64,000 nt of DNA from the human T2T-CHM13v2.0 reference genome, Homo sapiens. Where the stretch lies: the NCBI RefSeq assembly GCF_009914755.1, contig NC_060926.1; one strand, given 5' to 3'. Positions within the stretch are counted from its first letter, which is position 1; each line of letters starts with the position of its first letter. Made by a program: the position numbers and the translations under genes. Positions 44,433-58,570 of this stretch are shown here, in pieces. Below the pieces are notes generated by a model. The model was given only the letters and a program-made list of their open reading frames with translations. It had not been told where the DNA came from and made no database searches.

Positions 44433-46080
44433 TGAAATAGAAAAATTCCTAAAATCTACGTAGAACCACAAAAGACCCTGAATAGTCAAAGCAATCCCAA
44501 GCAAAAAGAAAAAGCTGGAGGCATCACACTGCAACTTCAAAATAGACTACAAAGCTACCATAACCAAAGCAGCATGATATTAGTATAAAAACATACACAT
44601 AGACCAATGGAACACAATAGAGAACCCAGAAATGAGTTCATATATTTACAGCCAACTGATTTTCAACAACGGCATCAATATACATTCAGGAAGGGACACC
44701 CTCTTTAATAAATGGTGTGGGAAAACTTGATATCTGTGTGCAGAAAAATGAAACCAGGCCCAAATCTCTCACCATATACAAAAATTAACTCAAAATGAAT
44801 TAAAGACTTAAAGGTAAGATCCCAAACTATGCAACTACTTGAGGAAACCAGGGGAAACAGTTCAGAATATTGGTCTAGTCAAAGATTTTATGGCTAAGAT
44901 ATCAAAAGCACAGGCAGCAAAAACAAAAATAGACAAATGGGATTATAGTTTACTGAAAAGTTTCTGGACAGTAAAGGAAACAATCAACAGAGTGAAGAGG
45001 CCACTCCACTCTGGGTGAAAATATTTACAAACTGTTCATCCAACAAGAAACTAATATCCGGAACACCTAAGGAGGTCAAATAACTCAACAGCCGAAAAAC
45101 AAATATCCAATTAAAATGTGCACAAATAAGCTAAACAGACATTTCTCAAAAGAAGGCCTACAAATGGCCAACAATTACATTAAAAAATGCTTGACATTAC
45201 TAATCATCAGGGAAATACAAACCAAAACCACAGTGAGATTTCATCTTATCCGAGTTTGAATGGCTATGATCAAAAAAATAAAAAATAAAAAAATAAAAAA
45301 TGCTAAAGAAAAGGGAACTCTTAGACACTGTTGGTGGGGATGTAAATTAGTAGAACCATTATGGGAAACAGTATAGTGGTTTAAAATCTATATTAAAATT
45401 AGGACTGCCATGCAATCCAACAATCCCACTACTGGGTATTTTTAAAGGAAAGGAATCAGTATATCAAAGGGATACCTGCACCCGCATGTTTAATGCATCA
45501 CTGTTCACAATAGCTAAGATATGGAATCAACCAAAATGTCCATTAACAGATGAGTAATTAAAGAAAATGTGGTATATATACACAATGGAATACTATTCAG
45601 CCATATAAAGAGTGAAATTCTGTCATTTGCAGCAACATGGATGAGCCTGGAGGACATTATGTTAAACAAAATAAGTCAGGCACAGAAAGATAAATACTGC
45701 ATGTTCTTATGTATATGTAGAAGCTAAAAAAAATGTTTAAGCTCATGAAAGTAGAGACCAGAATTGTGGCTATTAGAGGCTGGGAAGCATGGGGGAAGGA
45801 GAGGGTAGGGAGAGGTTGGTTAACAGACTCAAAATCATAGCTTCTGACAGCACTGTTGGTTAAATGTGGTTAACTACAATTTATTGTATATTTTTCAAAA
45901 ACCTAGAGGAGAGGATTTTGAATGTTCCCAACACGAAGAAATGATGCATGTTTGAAATGATGGATATGCTAATTACCCTGATTTTGTCATTATACATTAT
46001 ATGTGCATATTAAAATATCACTCTGTATTACTCCTAAATATGTACAATTATTACACATCAACTAAAAATAAAAGGAAAAA
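44433..46080 (+). mobile_element. 5'-truncated L1MA-type element (ORF2 3' part and 3' UTR)
   Basis: gaaatagaaaaa...aaagctggaggcatcacact...gaatactattcagccat...ctaattaccctgatttt...A-rich tail. Confidence 0.92.
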
Positions 46081-46094
46081 TAGGTAAATAATAT

Positions 46095-46195
46095 ATAAAA
46101 GATACAGTAAAAATACAATATTATAATCTTATGGGACCACTGTCATATATGTATGTGGTCCCTAGTTAATCAAAACAGCATTGCATATGACTGTA
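46095..46195. mobile_element. Tigger3-like terminal fragment
   Basis: aaaaatacaatattataatcttatgggaccactgtcatatat...gcatatgactgta. Confidence 0.6.
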
Positions 46196-46214
46196 TTTCT
46201 CCAGTTTTAAAAAT

Positions 46215-46480
46215 TACTCATTGTTCCATCTGGGCATGGAACTGTGTCTGTTTTATCCACTGTCTGTTGTATCCTCAGCCTCTAGCACAGTGTCTGACAG
46301 AAAATGTTTCTGTATGACTAAAGGGAGGAAGGAATAGATGGGAGGGAAGATTGAATTCATTAGTATATTCAATTAATATTTACTGATTGTCTTTGATATG
46401 CAGGCACTCTGATAGGCATTAGGAAGATGTAAGTGAACAAAACAGATTAATATCCCGTCTCTACAATTTAATTTTTCTGT
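46215..46480. mobile_element. L2 3'-end fragments in opposite orientations
   Basis: tgtatcctcagcctctagcacagtgtctgaca (+) and atatttactgattgtc...tgcaggcactctgataggca (-). Confidence 0.6.
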
Positions 46481-48384
46481 GGATTAGTTTCAATAACCTA
46501 TAAGTAGTTTATACAGAAGGAGAATGAAGAACAAGAATCAGATGTCTACTAGAGCAACACATCTTTAAAGAAGTAAACAGCTTCCAAATATCTCAGAGCA
46601 ACCAGACCAACATGAAGTATGTTGAAGTTGACATAAAATAGAGATTTCATTTCTTTGTTTTAAAATTACCTTGAATATGAAGTTAAAACTCTTCATGTGT
46701 TATAGGCTGATGAAAAGCTTAGACAAATTACTAAAACTTTGGAGACTGCAAGACTCCAAATAGGAGCAACATGAGGTAGAGCAGCATATGCAGCTGTATG
46801 ACCAGAGAATTTCTGAGAATTTACTCTGATTTCATTGTCAGTGTTTTATGTTGTGATTTCTTTGATTACATCATGGTATTATTAGTGATGTTTTAGTATT
46901 TAATATTAGCACTACTTTGACCTGAAAAACGTGTCCTAAAATACCTTATTTTACCTGAGTTACTGTGTTCTTTGAACCTTATTCCATCCAGGTGTCAACA
47001 TTTTTTTCTCATCACCATGCATCTTTGATTTTATAATGTAAGTCAGTGAGAAAACAAGATTAATTTAACGGAAAATTGCTTTCCACAATCTTTTCTGGAA
47101 TCTCTTTTGTCTGTTACCCAGGCAATATCTATATTATTACTTTGTCCTCAAAAGCTTTTACCAATTTGGCAACACAGAATGACTAAATCTCTTTTCCTTT
47201 ATCTGGCTTTTCATTAGGAAGGAAACTCCCAAAATTCATTTCTATCAGCATTATCCTCAATGCTAAATCTTGTATGTCTCAAGTCTGTTTATAATAAATA
47301 TCCTCATTATGACTAAGGTCGTCTTACTTCTCTGCATTACTTCAGTTTCTAATGAAAGCAATGCCCAAGTGACTAAGTGGATGAAGCCCCCGACTGTAGG
47401 AAAGTGTTCCCATCAAATATCTCCTAATTGCCCTCAATGAATCAGCTTCAGGCTCAGCCTTATCTCTGGCACCTTCCCCAGCTTTGTGTTGATAGCCAAT
47501 AACATGTGCTCCGAGCATGAAGGAGATAAAAATGGTGTGACTCTTAGAAAGCCAGCCATAGAGTGGAGTTAGGGAGCTGTTTAGATTCTTGACTTCATGG
47601 TCCTGACGTGATTGATTTTCACCAATTTGCCTTCAGACATGCTTTGCTATCATTGCTTCAAACACGTAACTTCAGATCCTACAGGGAAACTTGTGCTCCT
47701 TCAATTGTTTCTGCTGCCTTACACATAGGTCCTGTGTTAAGACATCTTGTATTCATCAGCCTCCAATGGTAACTTTAGGCAAGTAACATAAGCACTTTCT
47801 CTGACCATCTGTAAAATTAAGTAGTAACTACAAAGCATCTGACACATTTCTTATAAAAGCACAGTCCAGTCACCCTGGCCTGGCTCACAGCTGTGGAGAA
47901 CAGCGTGCTTGTGTCTGAGCCTCCTGACGTATGTTTTCTTTTCAGTCCCTCTGCCCCCTGCCTTCCTTACCACCACCCCCCACCCACAATATCTTCTCTT
48001 TCTCTCTTTAACTAGTTCTCCTCCACCCTCACCCCCTATGCCTGACCCTACTCCTCACACCTGCTTTGGCCCCATATAATACAGGATGTTTTAATATACT
48101 ATGTACATGGAAGAAAACGGAAATTGAAGTTGCCAGCCATGAACTTTCTTTTCTTTTCTTCTCTTTTAAGTGGGGGAAGAGTATCGTCAACAGCAAGGAG
48201 GCTATTTTCTTAGTGACAGCAGAAAAGTGGTAGGGGGTTAGGGAAAGAACACTTAAGAAATTAGAGCTTCCAGCGGATACATGGTGTTTGATCTTTTAAT
48301 GGTGTTGCTGCTGGGCCTGGTATATATTTTATCATGGGAGATGGTTAGAAATCTGAGCTTTGAAGGTGGGAAATGTGTCAGTTG

Positions 48385-48387
<3 letters not shown>

Positions 48388-48423
<36 letters not shown>
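48388..48423. repeat. (TG)n microsatellite
   Basis: Direct reading of the sequence. Confidence 0.97.
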
Positions 48424-48425
<2 letters not shown>

Positions 48426-49247
48426 GTAACACAGAGTACGCCACAGAGACCAAAAGCCGTGGAACTGTTAAAAGACAGAGACATACAGGCATGTGGATAT
48501 GGAGTGGATGAGGCACACAGACACATATTAAATGAGAACCTACTAGTGACACCCTGAAGAGAGAAATGAGGTAAACAGGCATGATACTGGAGGGAGAGGG
48601 ATGATAGATCAGTGAAATGACTTCTATGCTTCAGCCTTCCAGTATCACACAGGCTGTGAGCAACTCACAGACTATCAACTTATGACATCAACTCCTTGGC
48701 ATGACTTTGGACACAGAATTCATGCAGTCTCCACCTGTCCCAGGTAGTCCTTGATTTTGTGTGTCTGACTTCAACCCTTTTCTATGGGCATTCCCTAGAA
48801 ATGCGGAACATACTCTTCAATACCTCAGCTAACAAATGAGCATTTCTGGTTCTCACCCAGGGGTACATACTGGGAGCCACCGGTTTTATTTCTGTACTGT
48901 CAGCCTTATGGTCTTTCCAGTAGAGTTTATGTATTTATTTGAAGCTTTTAGGGCATTTTGCCCTCACTTAAGCTAATTGGACTATATGTGAAATTGCGTG
49001 GGTATAGCGGGGGTAGAATGCCAAAGAACAGGCATAAAGAAAATGTTCTGAATTCTGGAAATATATTCTAAAAGCTCACGTCTGAAAGTTGGGTAACGAG
49101 GAATTTTATCTTTTAACTCTTCCTCCCCCTTCATAGCATTTAACTTTTGTTTGATTTTCACATTCAAAAAGAACAATTTTAATGTATTTTTCAGAACTAC
49201 CAACAGGGCCAGCATAACCATGGAGCTGAAAACAGATGGTTTGGTTT

Positions 49248-49754
49248 TGCAAAGGAGAAAAAGTGATATCTTTTCCTCACCCATTTGCAAGGTTCATGGT
49301 TGAGATCCCTAAAGCAAAAGACAGATTAACAAGAGAAAAGCATACATTTAGTATACATTTTATGTGACACAGGAGCCTTCAGAAGTGAAGACCCAAAAAA
49401 AACAAGGAACCTTATGTACTTTTATGCTAAGTATGACGAAGTGGACAGCCTTGGGGAAATATGATTGGACAAAGAGGGTATGATCTAATGGTAATAAACT
49501 TGGGGGTACTTAGCAAGACCTCTTTGCTCAGATTCTTCTCTTTGTCCCTGTGTCTTCAGAAAAATGGATGTCTCTTTCTTCTGGGTATAGGAGATATCTC
49601 TCGAATGAGAATTTTATGACCTTCTTCAAAGAAAGGTCAGAAAAAACATTTATGTCCTGCTTAAGGAGGGTGGGAGGAGGTCAGAGAGACCTTCCTGCTT
49701 CTGCTGTTTACTCAAGGTGCCATATTTTGAGGTAGCATGTCCTGAACTCCATCA
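49248..49754 (-). mobile_element. ERV1 MER4-group solo LTR
   Basis: acagattaacaagagaaaagcatac...gtgccatattttgaggtagcatgtcctgaactccatca is typical of MER4-group LTR ends; subfamily uncertain. Confidence 0.65.
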
Positions 49755-49983
49755 GTTGAATGTTTATATTTGAAGTTAGAACCTCCCCCAGTCCATGCTG
49801 CTAAGTTCACCCCCTTTCCCTATCTCCTCATGACCCTAGAGAATTTGAACAAAAAAGGGTCCAGTTTCAAAGACACTGAGCATAAGAGAAAGTGAAGCTG
49901 GACTGAAACCAGGGAATCAAATAAAAATCTACTCCCAGTATATTCTCTTCAGAAAATTATTCTCTGGAGAAACTGAATAGTTA

Positions 49984-50417
<434 letters not shown>

Positions 50418-52049
50418 TTTCATATAAATGCAGATTCCTGGCTTCTCCTAGAAAAATTAGGCTGCCTGGCCCCCCTGGAGCCATATTCCATCTGACAATA
50501 TGGCTTGCCCATTTAGCTGAAGCACCTGACCTCCAGCTTGTCATAGTCTCTACCTTGCCTCCTTGCCTCCCCACAGCTGAGGCTCAGGTGTTATTTAGTA
50601 TTGTGATTATTCAGTTATCTTACTTGTTTCAGGGTTGAGGAAAAAAGGAAATAATTTTATGCCTACATCAAAATTGGGACAATCAAAGAGGTTCCAAGAG
50701 GGCTTCATGCTTCCCCTGGCTTACTGTGCTAAGGTACCTTCCAGGCTTCTATGGGATTTAAGTTTTCTACCTAAAATTCCTGATGATATAGTACAAGCTT
50801 TCGTTAGCTCTGTTATGAGCACAAAGACCATCCTTCATATGGTCACCTTTTTATAAGAAGCTTATAAACTTTGTCACTCTGCAGCTATTCCTTCTCCAGA
50901 TTACTGTCTCCAAAGACTTCATTTTTCATTTATGTGATCACACCCATGTACTCTTGATCTTTGCCACATTTTTCCTGTCTCCACACAGTCAGGGCCTGAT
51001 CAATAAGGAATGACTATGTGTTGATGACTTCACAGCTCTCACCCATTATCCTTCAGTTCATGCATATGGGTGTCTTGTCTCCTTTTTAAATAGCGCCATT
51101 ATCCTAATGGCTAATGCTCGGTGGGTGGCCTTCTGTAACTCTTGTATATTTTTCTACCATGGCTGAACACAGTACATTTCCATCTTGTGTTTATGCACTT
51201 GGGTTTTCTTTTGTAAGCACATTGCCTTCCACTTATTTCCATTAAATTTCATATTCCTTATTCAAAAACACTTCTCCAAATTGGTCAAAGTAGGTTTTAA
51301 TTTTCCCACTGCTGCCAAAGGTGCTGGTTACCTCTCTTCAAATTGTTGTAGTTATCACACTTTATAATGATACTGTTTTATCATTCAAATCATTGGTTCA
51401 GAAATGAAATTATATAGAGTCTATGGCCGACCTCTGTAGAACACTGGTAAGGGGTCCAACTCAAGATGATCAGTGATCCATTGAAAATGGTGGTTGTCTT
51501 CTTTAAAAAATAAAAATAAAAATAAAAACTTTGAGTAAAATAACCCCTTAAAATTAAGTAGTTATTTGCCTGAATTAAGTATAACCTGTAACTTATTGTT
51601 AAGTAAACATGGTTAAGCTAACCTTTATATGAATACCCAGGCTGTAAAAATTTATGCTATTTGGTAGTCTTGGAAATACAAATTCCAAATAGCCTGAAAT
51701 AAGAAGCTACAATATAATGGGAGGCCAGTAGTTAAAAAATACTGCCACAGTAGAAGGGGTGAAGTGGATCAGGAAGAATCCTAGGATACTTTACTTAGAA
51801 CCCTTTGTACAAACAGCATGAAAGTAATGAGATTAATGAAAGATTTTTTTGTCAAATTTAGAAGAATCTGAGAAACAAACTGCAAGTTTTCCATTTCATT
51901 TGATGTCTTGGCAAACCTACTGATATGTGTGTTATTTGTCTCTGTCTTCTTAATATTTGCTACCTTGCCGGTTGCCTGGTGATTTAGGAAGACGTGGGGA
52001 GTATTTGTAAACAAAGGAAGCTTTTCAGAAGTGGGTAACAGTAGCCAGA

Positions 52050-52450
52050 GTTTGCTGGTTGGATCTTCCAGGAAGCAGGAGCTGAGAAATAGGAGTGCAA
52101 AAGTTTTGTTGAGGGGCATACCTGGGGAAGATAAAAAAGGGAGGAAGCAGGATTAGGCAGAGAGCCCTCAATCACAGGGCAAATCTGCTGAGTCTTGGCC
52201 AGCTCAACAGGAGCTCCCGACCAAAGATCCCCTGTTCTAGGAGCTCAACACTGGGCAGAAAACAGCCAGGTCCTATTGCACCCACTGTGCTCAATCATGA
52301 CCGAGAGCTGCCTCAGAAGAGTGTGGACTCAAGTCAGAAGCTGAGGAGGATCCTAAAGGCAGTAAGTAAGTAATAGCTACAGGCTGTGAGCTCTATTTGC
52401 ATTCCTCACAGCTGAATGCCAAGTTCTTTCTTGAAGGAAAAGTACAAGCA
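52050..52450. mobile_element. Old ERVL LTR (LTR33-like)
   Basis: ccaggaagcaggagctgaga...gaagcaggattaggcagagag...ccactgtgctcaatcat resembles LTR33 as recalled. Confidence 0.45.
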
Positions 52451-55400
52451 ATATATCTTCATCACTTGTGCTTAGAACATTTTCCTTATTACTGAACAAC
52501 AATTAGAGATGATCTTGACATTCTCCTCTCCGTATTCTCAATGTTTCAGCAACATGTGCAAAATCCATTCTTCTATACCAAAGTCACACACTCACGGAAG
52601 AGATGAAGCTCTCAATACCTGAAGTAATTCCCAAGTGTTGGTGAAGGAGTAAGACAAAAACATGCAGGATTAGAATGGGCAGGAGAGAGAGCAGATGGGT
52701 TAGGAAAGAGAATCACTGAACATTGACCCTAACTAAATATGAAAAGGAAATGGCAGGTAGGTGATCAAAGAATCAGGTGGGCAAGAGTTACCTAAAATAT
52801 CGGTTTCCCATTCACTGCACAAAATGATGGCATTTGCCCCTTTGGAAATGGTTAGCTCTTAGAACTCTGGAAATAATAGAGTAGGTTGGGAATTTTATTC
52901 CTCCAGAATAATGTCTGGTTTTGAAAAACATGCATGCTCTTTAATTCTCATAATACTGAATCTTGCCTTTGAATTCTGTCATTTAAGTGATAAACTAAAG
53001 CAGTTAGATAAGGGAGATTTTTATTGTACACTGGAATAGATACAAAATAGTGGAAAGTAAAGGATAATATAATAATAAAAGTCTTAGATGGTGCTACAAG
53101 GTGACTTGAATTTTGAGAAATCAAATCAACTCAAAGAGGAAAATTCAGGTAAGATAAAAAATATGTATGGTGATAGAGTGTAATCTTAGCATTGATATTG
53201 TATATGTACTGGCTCATTACCCACTGCATCAAAGATCATAATGTGTTTATTATATCATTTACCAAATGATAGCCATTTCCTGAACAACTGGCCTCTCCTG
53301 CACATCCTTGTGTGATGTCCTTTATTAATAAATGATGCCTGTACTTTGGGGCAGAAAGATAGAAAAAGATATCTGAAAAGGGTCTACAGGAAATAAGAGA
53401 GAAATTGGTAATCTCCTTAGCTTTTCTCTTTTGCACTGTTACATTGGCTGATTGTCTGGGGCATGCAAAATGTATCATAGGTACTACAACTAAATCTTCA
53501 AGGTAAAACCCAGAAAAAGTGAGAAAAGAGACCCAAACCACCATTTTATATGTAATCTCACTTGGTGTTTGTTTATCCTGCCTCTCCAAGCTCTCCTGGC
53601 ATGAGATAGGTCTGCCATGGTCAGATAGTAAGTAGCATCCAATTTGTTGTTTCTTACTTCATCAATAATTTTTTTCAAAATAAACTGTGGAAAGAAATCC
53701 ACTTCCTAGCATGATGCAAACATCACTACAACACAGGGTTTCTTAAACTAAATTTAAAAAATAAAAAAGGAAGTAGTGGTTATTAATTATTTATTTGCAT
53801 TTAAGAACTTCTTCCATAAGCATTTTCCAGAGATAAAAATCAAAGATATAATTAAACTTCAGAATGAAAGCTGAGGTTTAATTAATGAGTAGGTAACACT
53901 CAGTTACCTAACATCTTCCTAGTAATAAAATATAATATTAGGAAGGAAATATGTTAGCCAAAAAAGGAAGGAAATGTATCTTTTTCTTTTTCTCTTTTTT
54001 TTTTTTTTTTTTTTTTAAAAAAGAGGAAGCAAAAGGAGGAGAGTGATATTGTGTTTCAGGGCATTTAATTTGAATATATCACTTGATAGAGTGCAGACTT
54101 CCCTGAGTTCTATAACCTGTAGTGTAAACACACAATAAACAGGCACCAAAACGCACCCAAGCCAACACCAAGCAGCCAGTGGGTTTTGGCTGACATAAGG
54201 CCTCTGGTTTGTGGGGTTCATCTGGCTCCCCTTCAGCTCTATCCCAACATATGAATGTTTCTTTAGTTAGATCAGTAGTCTTTATATGCCTCTGTTATAT
54301 CAGAAAGACCTGGGTTTCTGGAGCAGCTTATAAAGATTGGGGTTTAGGTTAAAAGCACATCACAGGCAAACATGTGTTGAACATTATTCTGTGTGTGGAG
54401 ACTTTGAAGAGCCTCTCAGGTATATGTAGGATTTGGTATTATGAGGAGATGAATTGGATTCAAGGTACTCAATCTTATTGCCAATCTTTTTCAATAAGAA
54501 ACCATCTCCTTGGTTTGCACATCTGTGTTTGATAATGTGGGAGAATGTCTTTGATTAGACTTTCAGAGTAATCATTCAAAGGCAACTTTCTCCTCTGCTT
54601 TGCCGCATCTCATAAAGTTAGATTTTGTACATTAGTGAGGCACTGATTGCATGAAAATAATATTGGCTTTATGAGAGAGTATAATCTTGTTCAAATTATA
54701 ACTCTCCCCGCCATTCTCAAAGTACTATTTTTGTGTCAGATTCTCCTCCACTGCTGCTTTTATGAGCACTTTCCAAAATAGTATTTTCTTTTTTGTTTCT
54801 TCTCCTTTATTGTCTTTTTATAACTTTTAATCATATTTTTATGGTACCTTAATAGCCGAGGCAAAGTCACAGGTGGCCTTCACTAAATCATTTCTACTTT
54901 TCTATAATCCTAATGGCAGTGAAAGAAAAGAGGTCTCTGGGTTGTCCCCCAAAATACTTGTTTATATCTTCCGATGCTATTTTTAATATTTCTAAGGATC
55001 AAGATCTCTACCTTGTGTTAAAGTATACATACTACCCATTTTGTTTGGTTTCCTAGCATTTGAAAAAGTATATTCTTGACTTTTCTCGTTTTTAATTATT
55101 ATTAATACTTAATAGTTAATTACTTAGTTCAAGTTATGCTAAAAACTAATTATTTTATAACTTTTTGGCAATTAGTACTCTTACTAAATTTTACTAATTG
55201 CATATCAAAACAATGATAAGAGCAACTTCTAAAAAAATCTGTCTTCTTGGTTCAGTCTTGCTGGTTTTCTCTTCAAATTAAGTGAAATTCTCTTGATAGT
55301 TTTTCAAAAGGTGAATATTTTCTGGAATAAAATACAGAGTTGAAGTGAAATCATGGAAACTGCTGTTTGAACAATGGTCATTAAATGTTATTCTCTCTGT

Positions 55401-57819
55401 CACCTTGCTGTCTCCCCACCACATTTATGATGTGAAACTAAATAAATACGGGTACATCTTTGAAACCGGTGTTTTTGATAAGACCACTCCTTTGTGGAGT
55501 TGTATCAGGGAATAGTCTCTTAATCCCAGTTGGTTGCATTTTTTTCCTTTTTATCAGTCTAGATAGATTGAGCCTAGGTCATCTCTTTTGGGCAAGGATG
55601 GTGAGTTTTCAGAAAACTGAAAGGTTGCCCTCAAGCTAGGTGCTGGAGGGATTTTGCCAACTGCACCTGGTGCTGAGTGAGTGGTAGCATAAGCAATTTG
55701 GGCTGGAGTGAGAGGCGAGGAAGAAAGCCACAGCCAAGACTTGGGAGATTTCAGGAAATAAGAATCCAGCTGACCAAATAAGAAGGCCCATGGGCAGGGA
55801 GCAGCTGGGCACCAGGAGATCCAACACAGGAGCCACTGCCTTGGAAATTGGAGGCAGTTATTTCATTTCCGGTGATGTTTTCTGATTCTCTATATGATTT
55901 TAACTCTAGAATTGCTAAAGGTAGCTCTGTGAGTAAGGTGGGTTGCTAGCCTATCACCAGATTATTAAAGTAAGTGTAATGTAGGGCAGAAACAAGAAAA
56001 AAAAAAAACGTTGGCTTCCAGAGACCAGAGACTTTGCTTAAAGAGGTACGTGACAGCTTCTGAGGGATCTGTTTGTATACATAACATCCCAGTGTCTTTC
56101 TGTCAAGCTACCTGCCTCCCAGGTACACGCGTATTGCTGAGGAAACACAACCAACACCCACTGTTTCAAAGAAAACCATTCTTTTTGGAGTAGTAAGCTC
56201 TTTTATAAGGCTGAAATAGATGTGGAGTATTTTAAGATGAATAGTCTTACATCCACTAAATTCTACCCAGTTTACTCTCATTACACCACAAGAGCCTTGG
56301 ATTTTCTATGTGTATAAAGACGGTATTTGTCATTGAGCTTAGTGCTTTTTGTAGGGTCGGCATATTATAGGTTTCCCTCATAATGATAACAGAATCTTAC
56401 ATCAAGTGAACATGGAGGACTGAATATTTAAACCATGTGTGAAGGAGGGAAAAAAAACATAGTAGAGCTTTTCTTTTCACTGTACAGTTATGGATTATCT
56501 TTGCTGGCTGGATATTTATTTCAGATTTTTGTGGTTTCTCATGTCGTGGATTACAGGGACTCTTGTAAATGGGTTTCATATGGTAACTAGTGACCTTGAA
56601 GGACTCAATTTTTAAGATAATTAACTTCACAGTTCTAAGTCAGATCTATGCCAGTCACAGAATGAAATAATTTCTGTTTAGTTATCTGGGATTTCATTCG
56701 GTTGATTAATACCTATAGGAGAAGAGACTATTTGCTTTGATTTACATCTATATCACCTTCAATTTAATATTTCACGAGAAATAGAAGGCACGAAATAACC
56801 ATTTTGGAGCAGATACACAGGCATCAAATGAAGCTCTTTTGATGTGAGGTGTTGGAGATAAACAGGTAGTATCAGGCGTCCATAGCCTTGCGTTTTACTC
56901 ACCCCTCATGCTTTGCACCTAAAGTGTGCTCATAACTTTGCAGCCATGAGCCATCCCCTTGTCATTTTCAGCCCCTGACTTGTTCCTGGGGCTGCTGATT
57001 CATCTGTTTTCATTGCTGTCATGAAAACCAGTCTGCATTTCATCATAAAATTCAGAAGTGCCCTATTATATTAGGAAAGAATAACCCCCCACCAGTGGCC
57101 ACATCATATGGAGAAAGAACCAATGTTTCATCTTTCTGTTTTTCAGAAGTCTCCCCCAAAATGTTTTGAGACAAAAATCAGAATAGAATCTGCTTACCCT
57201 CAAAGCAATAGGTTTTCTCTAAACAATCTAATAAGGATTTGTCTAGACTAACATCCTTTGGGAATTTATCTACAGATGTCTTTAACTCGTTACTGTGTCC
57301 AGCCTGTGCCACCACTTGGGAGTAATGTGTTCCACAAATTAACTATAAAGGAAAGAAATGAAGAGGACCAGAAGGAACAAATGCACAGGAAACAGTGCAA
57401 ATATGCTCCTAGACAAGAGCAACATTTGTTACTGTTTATTACTACTTATCCAGAAAGCCTTTCTTAAACATATCCCCAGACCTGCACTGGGCAGGCTACC
57501 CCTTTTCTCCCCCTTGATAGTGCATTAGTACCGCTCCATGGAACAAATTGTCACAGAATATCAAAATATGCTATCTACTTAGCTAATCCCTATGTTGCAC
57601 TCCTGAGCTTAGAGACTAGGCCTTACTCATCGTAGTTCCATCAACATGAAGCACAATTTCTGAAATATACTGGTATACTCAGTAAATTCCTTAAAAAATG
57701 ACCTCTTTGTATCTCAAAAACTCTAGGTTATTCCTTGGTACATAGAAGGAACCCAATACATGCTTTGTCAAAGAAGTAAAGAAAATAAAATTATTTTAGA
57801 ATTGTTGAGAATCTTGGTG

Positions 57820-58195
57820 ATATGACTGAAACCTTTTGTTTCATGGATGACAAGACTGGGGCCTGGAGAAGTGAGGTCATTTGCCCACCATCCTGCAGCT
57901 AGAATTAAAACCAAATGCAGTGGTTTAAAGCTCAGTATTCTTTTCACTCCAAATTGGTAGCTGCCTGTAATTTGCTGGCATTGTAGAAACAAAAACATAG
58001 TGAAAATCACCAAAATTATATTTTACATTTATAAAGTGCTTTACAGTTTCCAAAGCATTTTAATAAACACTATCTGACCTCCCTGTGGTGTTATCTCAAG
58101 AAGGTTAATAGGGGAGATAGTATTCCTCTTTAGTATATGAGGAAACAGGGATTCAGAGAAGCTAAGTGACTTGCCCAGAGTTTAGAATTCAAATC
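57820..58195 (-). mobile_element. Two MIR fragments
   Basis: ggagaagtgaggtcatttgccc and atgaggaaacagggattcagagaagctaagtgacttgccca. Confidence 0.7.
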
Positions 58196-58424
58196 CTTCT
58201 TTCTTTTTTCTTTTCTTTTCCTTTTTTTTTTTTTTTTTTTTTTTTGAGACAGGGTCTTGCTCTGTTGCCCAGGCTGGAGTGCAGTGGCAGTGACATGAAC
58301 GTGGCTCACTGCAGCCTCGACCTCCTGGGCTCAAGTGATTCTCCCACCTCAGCCTCCTGAGTAGCTGGGACCACAGGCACATGCCACCATGCTCAGCTAA
58401 TTTTTAAAAAATCTTTTAAAAGTT

Positions 58425-58499
58425 CCCCTGGTGGTCTAGTGGTTAGGATTCGGCACTCTCACCGCCACTGCCCCCGTTCAGTTACCGGTCAGGGAACCA
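58425..58499 (+). pseudogene. tRNA-Glu(CTC) retropseudogene, full length with encoded CCA
   Basis: cCCCTGGTGGTCTAGTGGTTAGGATTCGGCaCTCTCACCGCCaCtGCCCccGTTCagTTaCCGGTCAGGGAA-CCA. By hand this has 9 mismatches in 72 nt versus human tRNA-Glu-CTC as recalled. Anticodon CTC at 58458-58460, CCA at 58497-58499; T-arm and B box are damaged. Confidence 0.93.
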
Positions 58500-58570
58500 A
58501 GAAATGGAGCAGGACGAGCTGCAGACAAAACCCCTCAGACAGCAGATTAAAGAAGGAAGAGGTTTTTTGG
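58500..58570 (-). mobile_element. HERV-E-type (LTR2-like) U5 terminus and pre-PBS spacer
   Basis: Reverse complement reads aaaaaacctcttccttctttaatctgctgtctgaggggttttgtctgcagctcgtcctgctcCA-tttct-TGGTTCCCTGACCGG, i.e. LTR end (CA), spacer, then a tRNA-Glu PBS, as in HERV-E. Confidence 0.8.

Noticed and set aside
58425-58499. Functional tRNA-Glu gene
   Set aside because: Encoded CCA, disrupted T-stem and B box, and location inside a TSD-flanked retro-insertion indicate a retropseudogene.
58480-58570. Ordinary HERV-E provirus remnant (LTR plus PBS)
   Set aside because: The tRNA match extends over the whole tRNA rather than about 18 nt, no internal viral sequence follows, and the TSD is L1-type (17 bp) rather than integrase-type (4-6 bp).
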